Part shown: positions 50,279-60,586 of the stretch, in pieces
Position numbering within the stretch: position 1 is the stretch's first letter
Layout: each line of letters starts with the position of its first letter
Origin: Leptospiraceae bacterium
Lineage (GTDB): Bacteria; Spirochaetota; Leptospiria; Leptospirales; Leptonemataceae
Reading direction: 5' to 3'
Assembly (NCBI GenBank): GCA_040217195.1
Contig: JAVJNR010000003.1
Span: 64,001 to 128,000, forward strand
Length of the DNA stretch: 64,000 nucleotides
Notes under the pieces: model-generated
Told to the model about the DNA's origin: nothing
Seen by the model: only the letters and a program-made list of their open reading frames with translations
Database searches by the model: none
Position numbers and translations under genes: made by a program

Positions 50279-51889
50279 TTACACCTTCCAGCTACCGAAC
50301 ATCTTGGGAATCATGTATCCCATTAGCTTCAGGCCGTTCGATAATTTGCGAAAAGGATTCCCGCCTGCATAGTTGAATCGCAATGCCTGCAAAAGTGCAT
50401 CATAGGTTCTTCTGGAAAAAGGATGCCACCATAGGTTTCGCCTGGTGGGCAGAATATCATAGTTAATCAGTTTAGGATGTGCCATCTCCAGCAATCCAAA
50501 CTTTCCATGAGTTCTACCAATTCCAGATTCCTTCCATCCACCCCAGGGAGTTTCGGACTGACCATGGGTGTAGAGATGGTCATTCACAGTCGTCACTCCC
50601 GAATGCAGGGCAGCGCCCACACGACGAGCTCGTTTCTTGTTGCCGGTCCATACAGAAGATGTCAGTGCCATGGTGCTATCGTTGGCCAGCTCCACAGCTT
50701 CCTGCTCGGTCTTAAATTTCATTACAGGCAATACAGGGCCAAAGGTTTCTTCGCGCATCACATCCATGCTATGATCCACGTTGGCCAGCAATGTGGCTGG
50801 ATAGAAATACCCTTTTTGTTCTGCCTGCGGATCCTTTGCATAGGATGTGGCCAGTACAGTGGCACCATGATCCAGAGCGCTCTTTACATGCCGATCCACT
50901 ATATTTCTCTGAGCCTCGGTAGTCATGGAGCCCATATCCACATCGAAATCCAGGTCCGGACCGTGTCGAAGAGCCGAAGTCTTTTTAGCCAGTAGATCCA
51001 CGAATTTATCGTAAACCTTCTCCTGGACGTAGATTCGTTCCACTCCTCCGCAACTCTGACCGGCATTTTGATACCCGGCCCACACTGCACCGTTTGTAGC
51101 TCTTTCCAGATTCGCATCTTCAAAAACGATCATTGGATCCTTGCCGCCCAGTTCCAGAGAGAGGGGTGTAAGTGTATCCGCCGCCTGCTTCATCAGCTCT
51201 TTGCCAGTAGGAACGGAACCGGTGAAGAAAATCTTATCCACTCCATTTTCAAACATGGCTGTGGATACAGCCGATCCGCTTCCAATTATATGAGCGAAAA
51301 GACCGGAAGGTAGATCCGCTGCAGCGACTATCTTTTCAATGGCCTTGCCCACCATTACTGTAGCGCCGGCCACTTTCAGAACTATGGCATTTCCAGCCAT
51401 CAGTCCCATCACCACTTCGCCGAATGGGATGGACAGCGGATAGTTCCAGGGACTGATGATTCCCACCACTCCAAGAGGAACATGGATCATCTGATTTTTC
51501 TTGTTAAAGAATAAGACCGTGGACTGGGAAAGTTTAAAAGGCTTCAGAATACCCTTTGCTTTCTTGGCATACCAGTTGGCCGCCAGAGCACAGGGAACCA
51601 CTTCAGTGGCCAGTGCATCCACTCTGGATTTTCCATTCTCTTTGCTTACTATATCTGCCAGCTCTTCAGCATGCTCTACAATGTAGTCTCGCATCTTAAG
51701 AATCTGCTTCTTTCTTTGACCAAAGCTGTAATTGGCCCATTCCTTTTGCGCTTTGCGGGCCCGGGCAAATACCTCGGGTAAAACGCTCATATCTGTGGAC
51801 TCATATTCTCCGATTACTTCGCCGGTGGCCGGGCTGAAGGCCTGTTTGCTCCGTGCGCTGGATCGGTCCTGTACGATTGTGTCTGACAT
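50279..51889 (-). CDS. Aldehyde dehydrogenase
   Basis: ISPWNYP, FTGS, LELGGKDP, NAGQSC, EETFGP, PWGGWKESG. Confidence 0.95.
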   Translation of the reverse strand: MSDTIVQDRSSARSKQAFSPATGEVIGEYESTDMSVLPEVFARARKAQKEWANYSFGQRKKQILKMRDYIVEHAEELADIVSKENGKSRVDALATEVVPCALAANWYAKKAKGILKPFKLSQSTVLFFNKKNQMIHVPLGVVGIISPWNYPLSIPFGEVVMGLMAGNAIVLKVAGATVMVGKAIEKIVAAADLPSGLFAHIIGSGSAVSTAMFENGVDKIFFTGSVPTGKELMKQAADTLTPLSLELGGKDPMIVFEDANLERATNGAVWAGYQNAGQSCGGVERIYVQEKVYDKFVDLLAKKTSALRHGPDLDFDVDMGSMTTEAQRNIVDRHVKSALDHGATVLATSYAKDPQAEQKGYFYPATLLANVDHSMDVMREETFGPVLPVMKFKTEQEAVELANDSTMALTSSVWTGNKKRARRVGAALHSGVTTVNDHLYTHGQSETPWGGWKESGIGRTHGKFGLLEMAHPKLINYDILPTRRNLWWHPFSRRTYDALLQALRFNYAGGNPFRKLSNGLKLMGYMIPKMFGSWKV

Positions 51890-52083
51890 AATTCCCCCAT
51901 TGGCCAAATCCATAGATTCGGCTTCAGATTCATTTGCTTTCCATGAAGCAATTCAGGGCAAGAGGATCCATGAACTTGTTCCATTTACCCTGCAATATGA
52001 GGCAGCATGACCGTTCTTGAAGCAGGGTTACAAGCTTTTTCCGAAAGGCTTGTAATTCAGGCCCCCAACCAGTGTCTTGCATT

Positions 52084-53349
52084 ATGGCAGAATCCGACCC
52101 GTCCGAAAGCCAGAAGAAGGGACGTCCGGGACTGGAAGAGGAAATCCACCGGGCCATTCCCACCGCCGCAGCCGAGCGATTGCAACGATTCCTTTCTCAT
52201 AGCCTTTCCTGGTCCGGTCAGCAACTGGAAAAGCTCTCGGATTCCCCGTTTGTAGACCGCACCGGTTTTGCCCATGCGGTAAAGTCTGCCGGAGATCGGC
52301 TGCAACAGGCGGCTCAGGATGCACCCCAGGTTCTGGAAACCACACTGGCCGATCTTCATCAGGCATTTGAAGGCGCCTTTGAATCTACAGTGGAATCCTA
52401 TCGTCTGGCAGATAGCTCGGTGCGACGGTCAGTTCTTGAAAATGTTCCTGCGGTCAGTGTTCTGGGCTCAAGCTTCAAAGCCGGTGAGACTATCCAGACT
52501 TCCTTCCGGATGGACGGCCAAGACATTGGAGTTCAGCAATTGCTGGATGCCTACCGTTCCTCGGGCAAAAAACGAATGGTAATATTTCTTCCAGGACTCT
52601 TTTCGGATGAAAGTCTATGGCAGAATTCAGGCACTCCTTTTCCTTTTTCTGAAGCCGTGGATTCCATGGATGGCTTTTGCGCATTCCTTAGATTTCCTCC
52701 TTTGCAATCCATTCCAGATACCGGCCGTGAACTTCTAGAACTACTGCTCTCATTAAAAGAACATCATAATCAGCCAGTGGACCTGGTGGCCTACAGCGAA
52801 GGCGGACTGGTTTTACGTTCCGCACTGGATCAGGATCAAAGAAACGGTTCACACATCATTCCAATGATCCGGCATGCATTGATGATCAGTTCTCCGGATG
52901 CAGGCTCCTTTCTGGAAAAAATGGGATTCTGGATTGGATTGGGCCTGGCCGGCCTTTCTCAGCTGGCCCATCAACTTCTTAATTATCCGGAACTGGAACG
53001 AAGTGCAGCCATTGAGGATTTAAGTCTGGGCAGAATTCGCAAAGCGGAAGAACAGGAACCTGGACGGCTATACTACGGAGAACTGGATCAAATACCTGCC
53101 ACTCAAATTTACAGTCTGATTACCAAGAACAACAATGTCTGGGAATCCTGGGTAGGCGATGGAGTGGTGGAAGAAGTCTCTCTAGCCTATCTTTCAGCTC
53201 GCGTTTATGCGAAAAAAGAAAATGCAGTGAATCGAGTACATTGTGTCCTGGGTAGAAATCATTTTCAAATCCTGAATGATCCGGCCACGTCTCGCATCTT
53301 GCGATCGGTTTTGAATGAACCCTTTTCCATTAAGCCAGAATCCGGCTGA
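52084..53349 (+). CDS. Alpha/beta hydrolase (lipase/PGAP1-like)
   Basis: IFLPGLF, VAYSEGGLVLRSA nucleophile elbow, GDGVV, NHFQILN. Confidence 0.78.
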   Translation: MAESDPSESQKKGRPGLEEEIHRAIPTAAAERLQRFLSHSLSWSGQQLEKLSDSPFVDRTGFAHAVKSAGDRLQQAAQDAPQVLETTLADLHQAFEGAFESTVESYRLADSSVRRSVLENVPAVSVLGSSFKAGETIQTSFRMDGQDIGVQQLLDAYRSSGKKRMVIFLPGLFSDESLWQNSGTPFPFSEAVDSMDGFCAFLRFPPLQSIPDTGRELLELLLSLKEHHNQPVDLVAYSEGGLVLRSALDQDQRNGSHIIPMIRHALMISSPDAGSFLEKMGFWIGLGLAGLSQLAHQLLNYPELERSAAIEDLSLGRIRKAEEQEPGRLYYGELDQIPATQIYSLITKNNNVWESWVGDGVVEEVSLAYLSARVYAKKENAVNRVHCVLGRNHFQILNDPATSRILRSVLNEPFSIKPESG

Positions 53350-53393
53350 AACATTGCCTGGCATCAGCCGAAACAGGTATCAAAGGTAAAACA

Positions 53394-54698
53394 ATGAAGC
53401 AGGGAACCGTAAATGACATTCTGCAACAGGAAGAGGTGCACGGAGCCATCCTTGGTAACCGATTCAGATATGGAGCCATTTTATTCATCGGTGTTGCAAT
53501 TATCTGGAACACTTCACAGTTAGAAGGAGCCGGTGTAATCGCAAACATGGTATCATTTGGGGCTTTTGCTCTAATAACCATGCTCCATACAATTGTACTT
53601 CGATGGGGAAAGCCATTATTGATCAAGAGCTTTAACTATCTCACTTTGCTCTTTGACTATATTCTTATTACCGGATTGATCATTTTCTGGACTGTTACAG
53701 AAAGTCCGGAAAATGCTGGCTTTGCGCTCAAGAATCCGACGAATTTATACTATCTGATTCCACTACTTATTCCAACCTTTCAGTTTAGAATCAAATACGT
53801 GGTAATTTCTTACATCCTGTTCCTCATGATCCATGCAGGTAGTATACTGGTTTCTTTTCATCTTGGAGCAGAAACCACCAATAGCTGGTATTCCTATGTT
53901 ATGGGCGAAGGAGTCATTCTGGCGGATTTGATTCCTACCAGACCCATGCTCTTTGGCCTGGTGGCTTTGACTGCAGGACTTACCATTCGCAGATCTTTGA
54001 GCATGCTTCGCAGGCTGGCCAGCGCAGAAGCGCAAAAAACCATACTTTCGCGTTATTTCAGTCCAGAACTGGCCCAGAGACTGACATCTCAGCCAGATCA
54101 GCTTCGTACCGGAGATAGACGATTTGTAACAATACTGTTTAGCGATATTAGAGGCTTCACAACACTTTCCGAGCATCTTCCACCCGAGGACCTGGCCAGA
54201 ATGCTCACTGAATACCGAGAGCAGGTAACCGAGATTATCTTCAAACACGGAGGAATGATCGATAAGTTCATTGGTGATGCTGTAATGGCAGTTTTTGGTG
54301 TGCCCGAGAGTAATGGATCTAAAGAGGATTCCCGGGCTGCCGTTGAATGTGCACGCGAAATGCTAATTACCTTACCAGATTTTAACCGGGAACTGGTGAA
54401 ATGGCTGCCTGCCAGGCTCGACATTGGCATTGGCTTACATTGCGGAGAGGTCTTTGCAGGTACCATCGGTTCCGAAAACCGACTGGAATACACGGTCCTG
54501 GGCGATGCAGTCAATACAGCGTCTCGCCTGGAAGGATTATGCAAAAAACTGGGTCGTCGTCTTGTAGTTAGTAAAGAGCTGGTGGATCTGGCTGGATCCA
54601 CCGGATTTGAAAGTGTTGCAAAGGTGCAAGTTCGCGGACGAAGCCAACCGATTCAGGTATTTGCGCCTGTAGGTTTTCCTCTGGCCACCAGTTCATGA
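53394..54698 (+). CDS. Membrane-bound class III adenylate/guanylate cyclase
   Basis: TILFSDIRGFT, DKFIGDAVMAVFG, EYTVLGDAVNTASRLE; several N-terminal TM segments. Confidence 0.93.
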   Translation: MKQGTVNDILQQEEVHGAILGNRFRYGAILFIGVAIIWNTSQLEGAGVIANMVSFGAFALITMLHTIVLRWGKPLLIKSFNYLTLLFDYILITGLIIFWTVTESPENAGFALKNPTNLYYLIPLLIPTFQFRIKYVVISYILFLMIHAGSILVSFHLGAETTNSWYSYVMGEGVILADLIPTRPMLFGLVALTAGLTIRRSLSMLRRLASAEAQKTILSRYFSPELAQRLTSQPDQLRTGDRRFVTILFSDIRGFTTLSEHLPPEDLARMLTEYREQVTEIIFKHGGMIDKFIGDAVMAVFGVPESNGSKEDSRAAVECAREMLITLPDFNRELVKWLPARLDIGIGLHCGEVFAGTIGSENRLEYTVLGDAVNTASRLEGLCKKLGRRLVVSKELVDLAGSTGFESVAKVQVRGRSQPIQVFAPVGFPLATSS

Positions 54699-55342
54699 GT
54701 GTATTTCAATCGACTTAGCTCGGCGATTTCATGCATTCTCTCATGTAGAAATGTTTCCGGAACGGAATGCTGATCGTATGCGGTGGGAACTCCAATTCGA
54801 ATCAATACTTCGGTTCTACGCGGAAAACTGTGATCTTTGTATTCGAAGCCCAGGGGAACAACCTGCACTGGATTTTCTGGTCGGCCCACAACAAATCTAA
54901 AACCTGGAGTCCTGCCACGACCCATCTTACCCTTGAAGTGCGTCTGTTCTGGAAAGATTGTAACCAGGTGTCCATCATGCAGAATCTTACGTGCAAGCAG
55001 TAGGTCCCTCTTACTCTTTTCAGGATTCTTTCTATCTACTGGAATGCCGCCGCAGTGCAGAAAGAATTTCGATGCCAGGCCTTTGGCCAGGGTGTCTTTC
55101 ATTATGCACCATACATCCCAGCGAACCGGATGCAGGGCACGAACCAGGCCCAGAGGTATATCAGAATTGCGAACATGCTTGGCCAGAATCAATACAGAGC
55201 TTTCCCGGGGAACATTCTCCATTCCCTGGACTCGAACTTTAAACCTGAGTCGTGTGTAGATCTGACCGAACCACTCCAGCAGAAAAACCGCATATCGTTT
55301 CTTACCGGGATGACCTTCGTACTTCTTATAAATATTGGACAC
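54653..55342 (-). CDS. 1-acyl-sn-glycerol-3-phosphate acyltransferase-like protein
   Basis: KHVRNSD (HxxxxD), GGIPVDR, IFPEQT. Confidence 0.85.
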   Translation of the reverse strand: MSNIYKKYEGHPGKKRYAVFLLEWFGQIYTRLRFKVRVQGMENVPRESSVLILAKHVRNSDIPLGLVRALHPVRWDVWCIMKDTLAKGLASKFFLHCGGIPVDRKNPEKSKRDLLLARKILHDGHLVTIFPEQTHFKGKMGRGRTPGFRFVVGRPENPVQVVPLGFEYKDHSFPRRTEVLIRIGVPTAYDQHSVPETFLHERMHEIAELSRLKYTHELVARGKPTGANT

Positions 55343-55380
55343 CGCTACCCTCTTTATTCTTGTTTTGATCTCTCACGTAT

Positions 55381-55875
55381 TCAATTGCGGAGCTCTTTTT
55401 CCTGGCTCAGAAAGGCACCACTGGATATACGCCGGTACACCGGCTTGCGGTATAGGAACTGCAATTTCAGTATTGGTTGCAAAAATATTCCCATGAGTCC
55501 TCTGCCCTGAAACTGAATGGAATCCACGATTCTAGTTTCTGAATGAGTCGAATTGATGGCAATTTCTTCAAATCTGTGGGTATGCCTCCAGAATCGCAGA
55601 AAAAAAGGAAGCTTCCTGCCTTCATCGACAAATTGATAGACTCTACCAGAATCCAGGTAACCGGATTCCACATTTTCGCTGATCCATTCCTGTTTGAACA
55701 GCAGAAAGTTCAGGCTCAAATGCGTAATCCCCGCCTTTTGCGTTCCATCAAATCGAATGATTTTCACCGGTGGAAAAGGTGGATTCAATTTTCGAAATAG
55801 GCTCAGATTCAAGGATTCCAGTACGGTGTTCAGATCTGCCTGGACAATTGTGATTACTTCAATTCGCTTCAACAT
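55381..55875 (-). CDS. SRPBCC/START-like ligand-binding protein
   Basis: FVDEGRKLPFFLRFWRHTHRF…TRIVDSI…QFLYRK. Confidence 0.75.
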   Translation of the reverse strand: MLKRIEVITIVQADLNTVLESLNLSLFRKLNPPFPPVKIIRFDGTQKAGITHLSLNFLLFKQEWISENVESGYLDSGRVYQFVDEGRKLPFFLRFWRHTHRFEEIAINSTHSETRIVDSIQFQGRGLMGIFLQPILKLQFLYRKPVYRRISSGAFLSQEKELRN

Positions 55876-55925
55876 TGCCTCCGCTGTGGTCTTGACATCC
55901 CGACCCCCCAACGGCACTCAGGATA

Positions 55926-56939
55926 ATGCATTGCCTGGTAACCGGTGGCGCCGGCTTTATTGGATCTCATGTAGTTCGAAGTCTGCTGGAAAGAAAACAC
56001 AAAGTACGAGTATTGGCCCTTCCTTCTGAACCCAGGAACCGACTGACCGGACTGGATGTTGAAATCCAGGACGGAGACCTTACCAGTGCCCTGGATCTGG
56101 ATCGGGCTCTGGATGGCATAGAGTGCGTATTTCATCTGGCGGCTGTTCATGCCCAATGGATGCCGGACTTCAGTCCAATGTACAGAGTCAATGTGGATGG
56201 GACCAAATTGCTTCTGGAGAAAAGTAAGGAGCATGGAGTTCGTCGAATTGTCTATACCAGTACGCAAAATGTTATTGGCTGGAATCCCCGAGGTCCATCA
56301 ACAGAAGACACTCCTTTTAAAGAATTCAAGAAAAGTTCCCATTATACAAAGAGCAAGTATCTTGCCGAGCAAGAGGTATGGAAGTTCATTGAGTCCAACG
56401 ATTCGCCTGAAATCGTAATTCTCAATCCATCCGGTCCCTTTGGGCCCGGAGATACAGGACCAACCGGTAAGGTAGTCCAGGACTTTTTGAGAGGTAAGGT
56501 TCCGTTCTACTTTTTTGGTTATTTCAATGTCATTGACGTAGATGATCTTTCTGAAGGCCAGATTCTGGCCATGGAAAAAGGCCGGCCGGCAACAAGATAC
56601 ATCCTGGCCGGTCATGATGTATCTCTAAAGCAATTCTTTCAATATCTGGAATCTGCCAGCGGAGTTAAAGCCCCTTCCCTGCGATTACCTCGATTCCTGG
56701 TGTACATTGTGGGTTACATCCTTGAGAAAGTATCTGATTGGTTTACCCACAGGCCTCCCAAGCTTACAGTGGATCGGGTGCGACAGAGAGGTAGAAAAAA
56801 GCTACTGGACAATTCAAGAATTCGCGAACTGGGACTTGAAATCAGGCCCATAGAGGAAACTCTAAAACGAACCGTGGAATTTCACAAAAAATACCTGGCA
56901 GACCTGGATCAGCGCAAATCCAGTATTGAACATGGCTAG
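55926..56939 (+). CDS. NAD-dependent epimerase/dehydratase (HpnA/DFR-like)
   Basis: VTGGAGFIG, FHLAA, YTKSK, LNPSGPFGPGD. Confidence 0.9.
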   Translation: MHCLVTGGAGFIGSHVVRSLLERKHKVRVLALPSEPRNRLTGLDVEIQDGDLTSALDLDRALDGIECVFHLAAVHAQWMPDFSPMYRVNVDGTKLLLEKSKEHGVRRIVYTSTQNVIGWNPRGPSTEDTPFKEFKKSSHYTKSKYLAEQEVWKFIESNDSPEIVILNPSGPFGPGDTGPTGKVVQDFLRGKVPFYFFGYFNVIDVDDLSEGQILAMEKGRPATRYILAGHDVSLKQFFQYLESASGVKAPSLRLPRFLVYIVGYILEKVSDWFTHRPPKLTVDRVRQRGRKKLLDNSRIRELGLEIRPIEETLKRTVEFHKKYLADLDQRKSSIEHG

Positions 56940-57119
56940 GTACATAGAATTCTAATCCAGAAGGTTAGTCTTCTAAATTCCTTTGAAACTCGTAACAGGT
57001 ATGCCGCGAACCTTGTTAGCAGGTTATTTCGGTCCGGGCTGCCGGATAATCCAATAGTCTCTGCTCCAATAAAGGTAGCAGTTCCTCCGTAGACAGCATA
57101 TGGAATAGATTCAAAAACA

Positions 57120-58268
57120 ATGGATATAGATCATTCAACAGGAAAGTGCATGGAAGGCCGTCCCGGGAGCCCTGGTAGGGCCCTTGGCTTTGTTGCAATA
57201 ATCTGTATTTTTTGCGTCACCGCCTGTAGCGGAATCAACAAAGACAGAGTTGGTCCAGACAATGCAGCGGATCAACATTACAAGAAGGAGCTAAGCGAAT
57301 CCAGAGAAATGTGGTTTATTACACCTGAAAAAGCTCGAGACATGGTTCAAAACGAAGCCCAAATATTGGATGCCCGCCATTACGCTGAATATGCACTTTC
57401 GCATGTAAGCGGTGCCAGGAATATTTCCTGGAAGGATTTTGTGCAGGAAGGCACCGGACTTCTGGTGGATCGCAGCCATTTACTGGATTTGCTTCTGGAC
57501 GAAACGTTACGGCCGGAAGGTTCCATCGTAGTCTACGGAGCAGCTCTGGAGGGATGGGGCGAAGAGGGTCGCATCGCCTGGATGCTCAGAAAAGCAGGGT
57601 TTGCACAAACGTACATAGTAAATGGCGGATTCGAAAAACTACATCCATTGCTGGGCTTAACCTATGGGCCGGCCGCCGGCGAACAGGAAGTCCTGGCCAA
57701 GAATTCAAGGCAATCTATCTTTCCCGGAAGAAACTCCCGGAAGGGTATAACGGATTCTGTGGACATTTCGAATCAAGAACTCAACGATATTCGACAGAAA
57801 GCCACGGTCATAGTAATTGATGGTAGAGAGCAAAGAGAGTATCTGGGCCAGACTCCCTATGGAGAAACCAGAGGTGGTCATATTCCCGGAGCGATCCATA
57901 TATACTTTAAAGATTTCCTACGAAAAGATGGACGGATTCTGAGTTTGCCGGAGCTCAAGGAATTGTTGATTTCGTATCCAGCTATTCAAACTGCCATTGA
58001 GAACCTGCGGCAGGAAGGGTCCGGCAACACAAATCGCTCCAGTCCTGATTCCGTAGCTCCCAGTGGATCCGATATCACAGATGAAGAGATTCAAAGATTG
58101 ATCTTTGTTTCTTACTGTACAGGAGGCGTGAGATCCGCATTCATTACAGCCGTTTTAAGGCATCATGGATTGAATGCTCGCAACTATTCCGGAGGTATGT
58201 GGCAATGGTCCAGAGGTTCTAACTCGGAATTCCCTCTTACCGCCGGTCAGTCGGATTCTCGCCCATGA
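57120..58268 (+). CDS. Tandem-domain rhodanese/sulfurtransferase, predicted lipoprotein
   Basis: Lipobox-like VTA/C; LDAR…HVSGA; IDGRE…EYLG…GHIPGA; active site YCTGGVRS; NYSGGMWQW. Confidence 0.88.
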   Translation: MDIDHSTGKCMEGRPGSPGRALGFVAIICIFCVTACSGINKDRVGPDNAADQHYKKELSESREMWFITPEKARDMVQNEAQILDARHYAEYALSHVSGARNISWKDFVQEGTGLLVDRSHLLDLLLDETLRPEGSIVVYGAALEGWGEEGRIAWMLRKAGFAQTYIVNGGFEKLHPLLGLTYGPAAGEQEVLAKNSRQSIFPGRNSRKGITDSVDISNQELNDIRQKATVIVIDGREQREYLGQTPYGETRGGHIPGAIHIYFKDFLRKDGRILSLPELKELLISYPAIQTAIENLRQEGSGNTNRSSPDSVAPSGSDITDEEIQRLIFVSYCTGGVRSAFITAVLRHHGLNARNYSGGMWQWSRGSNSEFPLTAGQSDSRP

Positions 58269-59671
58269 AATACATCAGGGCCAAACCGTTACCCTCTTTT
58301 GTCTTGAATACTGTTTTCGGTAGAGCGAAGCAATCCGGCCAATCTCCTGTTACCATTGAATTGGTATCCTTGAAGATCCGGAAACACCTCATTTTCACCG
58401 CTTCGGTGGGCCTGATTTTGCTATTCTTATTCAGTTGTGGCTCGTCAGAAGAATCTGAGGGCAAGGTAGATGTATCGCAGCTTTTTCCCGGAGAAAGCTG
58501 GGCGCTGCCCATGGAGAATATGGGCCCACTGGAAGGTAGTCCGGGGATTACGGCCCGGGACTGTGGAAACTGCCATAGACAGCATTACCAGGAATGGTCC
58601 AAATCCACCCATGCCCATGCACTTTCCGATATTCAATTCCAGTCTGAGCTTGCCAAACCGTCCTCCCCGGAATGGCTCTGTCTGAATTGCCATATCCCGG
58701 TGGGCAATCAGAGGCAGGAAATTGTTCGCTACGTTCAGAATGGAGATCTACTCAAGCCCATAGCCCAGAAGAATCCTGAATTCAATCCAGAAATGCGCGA
58801 AGAGGGAGTGACCTGCGCCACCTGTCATTTGAAGAAGGAAGACGGCCGCACCGTTGTAATTGGCCCCCTGGGCACCGGTCGGGCTCCCCATCCGGTGCTG
58901 GTAGATCGTAAAGCCCTGCAAAACCGATGTCTGGACTGTCATAATGTTAACTATAAAGTGTCCTCTTCTCTGGTATGCTTTTTCAATTCAGGCAATGAGT
59001 TGTCTGAATCCAATCTTTCGCACAAAGCCTGTTCCGATTGCCATATGCCTTCTGTGAATCGCCAGATAGTACAGCTACCAGGTAACTTTCCTCAAAGACT
59101 TTCGCACATGCACTATTTCATTGGCGGTGGAATTCCCAAGGAGTTCGATCTGCTGAAGTTTCAGGATAAGGGAGGCTATCGTAGTGGTCTGAGAGTTTCA
59201 CTTCTGGATTCGCACTGGGACTCCGAAAACAAATCCTTCCGATTCACCGTGGAAATGCGTAATCTGAATACCGGGCATTATCTTCCCACCGGAGACCCGG
59301 AGAGATTCATTCGAATCATACTCACGATCTTTGTTGATGGTAAGACAGTGACCAGGACTTACAGGCTGGGACAGCACTGGCAATGGGAACCGGAGGCAAC
59401 TCAACTAGAGGATAACCGGTTGAAGTCCGGTGAGGTGCGAGTATGGCAGGAACAAATCTCTATGGCTAAAAAACCGGCGCGATTACGCCTGGAAGCCATC
59501 CATATTCGCCTGAATGAGAAAAATGCAAAGTACATGGAGCAAACATCGGCCCGGGTTCCGGAACCTTATCGCGGGAAGGTAGCCCGGTTACGAAAGTTCT
59601 ATCCGATAAAAAGAATTCTCCACAGTGAAGATATTGTTCTGCCAGTGAATGGTGAATCCAGTCTACGCTAA
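58265..59671 (+). CDS. Pentaheme cytochrome c lipoprotein (c554-like N-terminus)
   Basis: Five CxxCH motifs (CGNCH, CLNCH, CATCH, CLDCH, CSDCH), lipobox-like LFS/C, GHYLPTG; ATGA coupling to the rhodanese. Confidence 0.9.
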   Translation: MKYIRAKPLPSFVLNTVFGRAKQSGQSPVTIELVSLKIRKHLIFTASVGLILLFLFSCGSSEESEGKVDVSQLFPGESWALPMENMGPLEGSPGITARDCGNCHRQHYQEWSKSTHAHALSDIQFQSELAKPSSPEWLCLNCHIPVGNQRQEIVRYVQNGDLLKPIAQKNPEFNPEMREEGVTCATCHLKKEDGRTVVIGPLGTGRAPHPVLVDRKALQNRCLDCHNVNYKVSSSLVCFFNSGNELSESNLSHKACSDCHMPSVNRQIVQLPGNFPQRLSHMHYFIGGGIPKEFDLLKFQDKGGYRSGLRVSLLDSHWDSENKSFRFTVEMRNLNTGHYLPTGDPERFIRIILTIFVDGKTVTRTYRLGQHWQWEPEATQLEDNRLKSGEVRVWQEQISMAKKPARLRLEAIHIRLNEKNAKYMEQTSARVPEPYRGKVARLRKFYPIKRILHSEDIVLPVNGESSLR

Positions 59672-59742
59672 GAACTCCGGGATAGTTTAGAACCCGAATA
59701 TTGCGACCTCAACCGGTTGTGATCATCCGCAGCGAAAGCTTA

Positions 59743-60492
59743 TCAGGATTCCCCGGTAAAGTTCAAATTCACAGTCTCTTCTGCCGGACGCTCCTTCCAT
59801 CCTTTAGGGTCCTGGCCACGAACGCTTTGAAATTTCTCTGTGAATGGAATCTCAATTCGACCCATGGTTTTCGAGTCTACATTACCAATGCGAAACAGCG
59901 CAGGATCAATTTCCTCTCCCTTAAGAAGAAGCAAATTCATAACCAGGCCCATTCCCTCCCCTTCGGTTTGATCACCGTTGGCCATATAAAAAGAAAGCAA
60001 ATCATCGTAGCTCATACCTTCGGCCAGTTTCTCTCGAATCCTGGATTCATCTGCACCGATTAAGTCCGTGTCGTTCAATACCAGGATTCGCAACCCATCA
60101 TCCGAATGATCAAAAGAAATGGAGGTTTCCAGGCCTTTCTGCCTGGCCTTTTCGCCGTACTCTCGAATCCATTTTTCAGAAATGTTCCCTTTTAGTTTCT
60201 CCATTCCGGTGCGATACTCTTCTGGATGATTGATATCCAGTCCCAGTCCTTCAAAATAGACCCTCTTTGCATTGGCTTTAGTTGCATTCACTACCAGTTC
60301 TTTCAGACAGGAATAAAGGGTACTCTGTAGTGCAGGGTGATTGTGCTTCTTCAAAATGGCAGCAATGACAAAGTCCAGTTGCCTTTCCATGGTATCTGTA
60401 AGGGAATAAGTCACAAATCGGATGCGCTTGCCTTCGTTTACCGCCTGAAGGATTTTTTCCCGGTCTTTTACATCTAAATCTGTGCCCTGCAT
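59743..60492 (-). CDS. Histidine-kinase-like ATPase domain hypothetical protein
   Basis: N-box-like ELVVNATKAN and G-box-like EGEGMGL; no sensor domain or HisKA. Confidence 0.6.
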   Translation of the reverse strand: MQGTDLDVKDREKILQAVNEGKRIRFVTYSLTDTMERQLDFVIAAILKKHNHPALQSTLYSCLKELVVNATKANAKRVYFEGLGLDINHPEEYRTGMEKLKGNISEKWIREYGEKARQKGLETSISFDHSDDGLRILVLNDTDLIGADESRIREKLAEGMSYDDLLSFYMANGDQTEGEGMGLVMNLLLLKGEEIDPALFRIGNVDSKTMGRIEIPFTEKFQSVRGQDPKGWKERPAEETVNLNFTGES

Positions 60493-60586
60493 GATGACAT
60501 TCTGCCTCCCCGTCCCTTGCTGGCCATATTTTTTCTTTCCCGTACAGAGGGGCCAGTATAGTTAAGGTTCCTTACAGGGGGACAAG

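Noticed and set aside
54578..54585. E. coli Chi octamer GCTGGTGG in a window encoding RecBCD
   Set aside because: A single noticed copy within a CDS is expected by chance, and Chi sequences are lineage-specific
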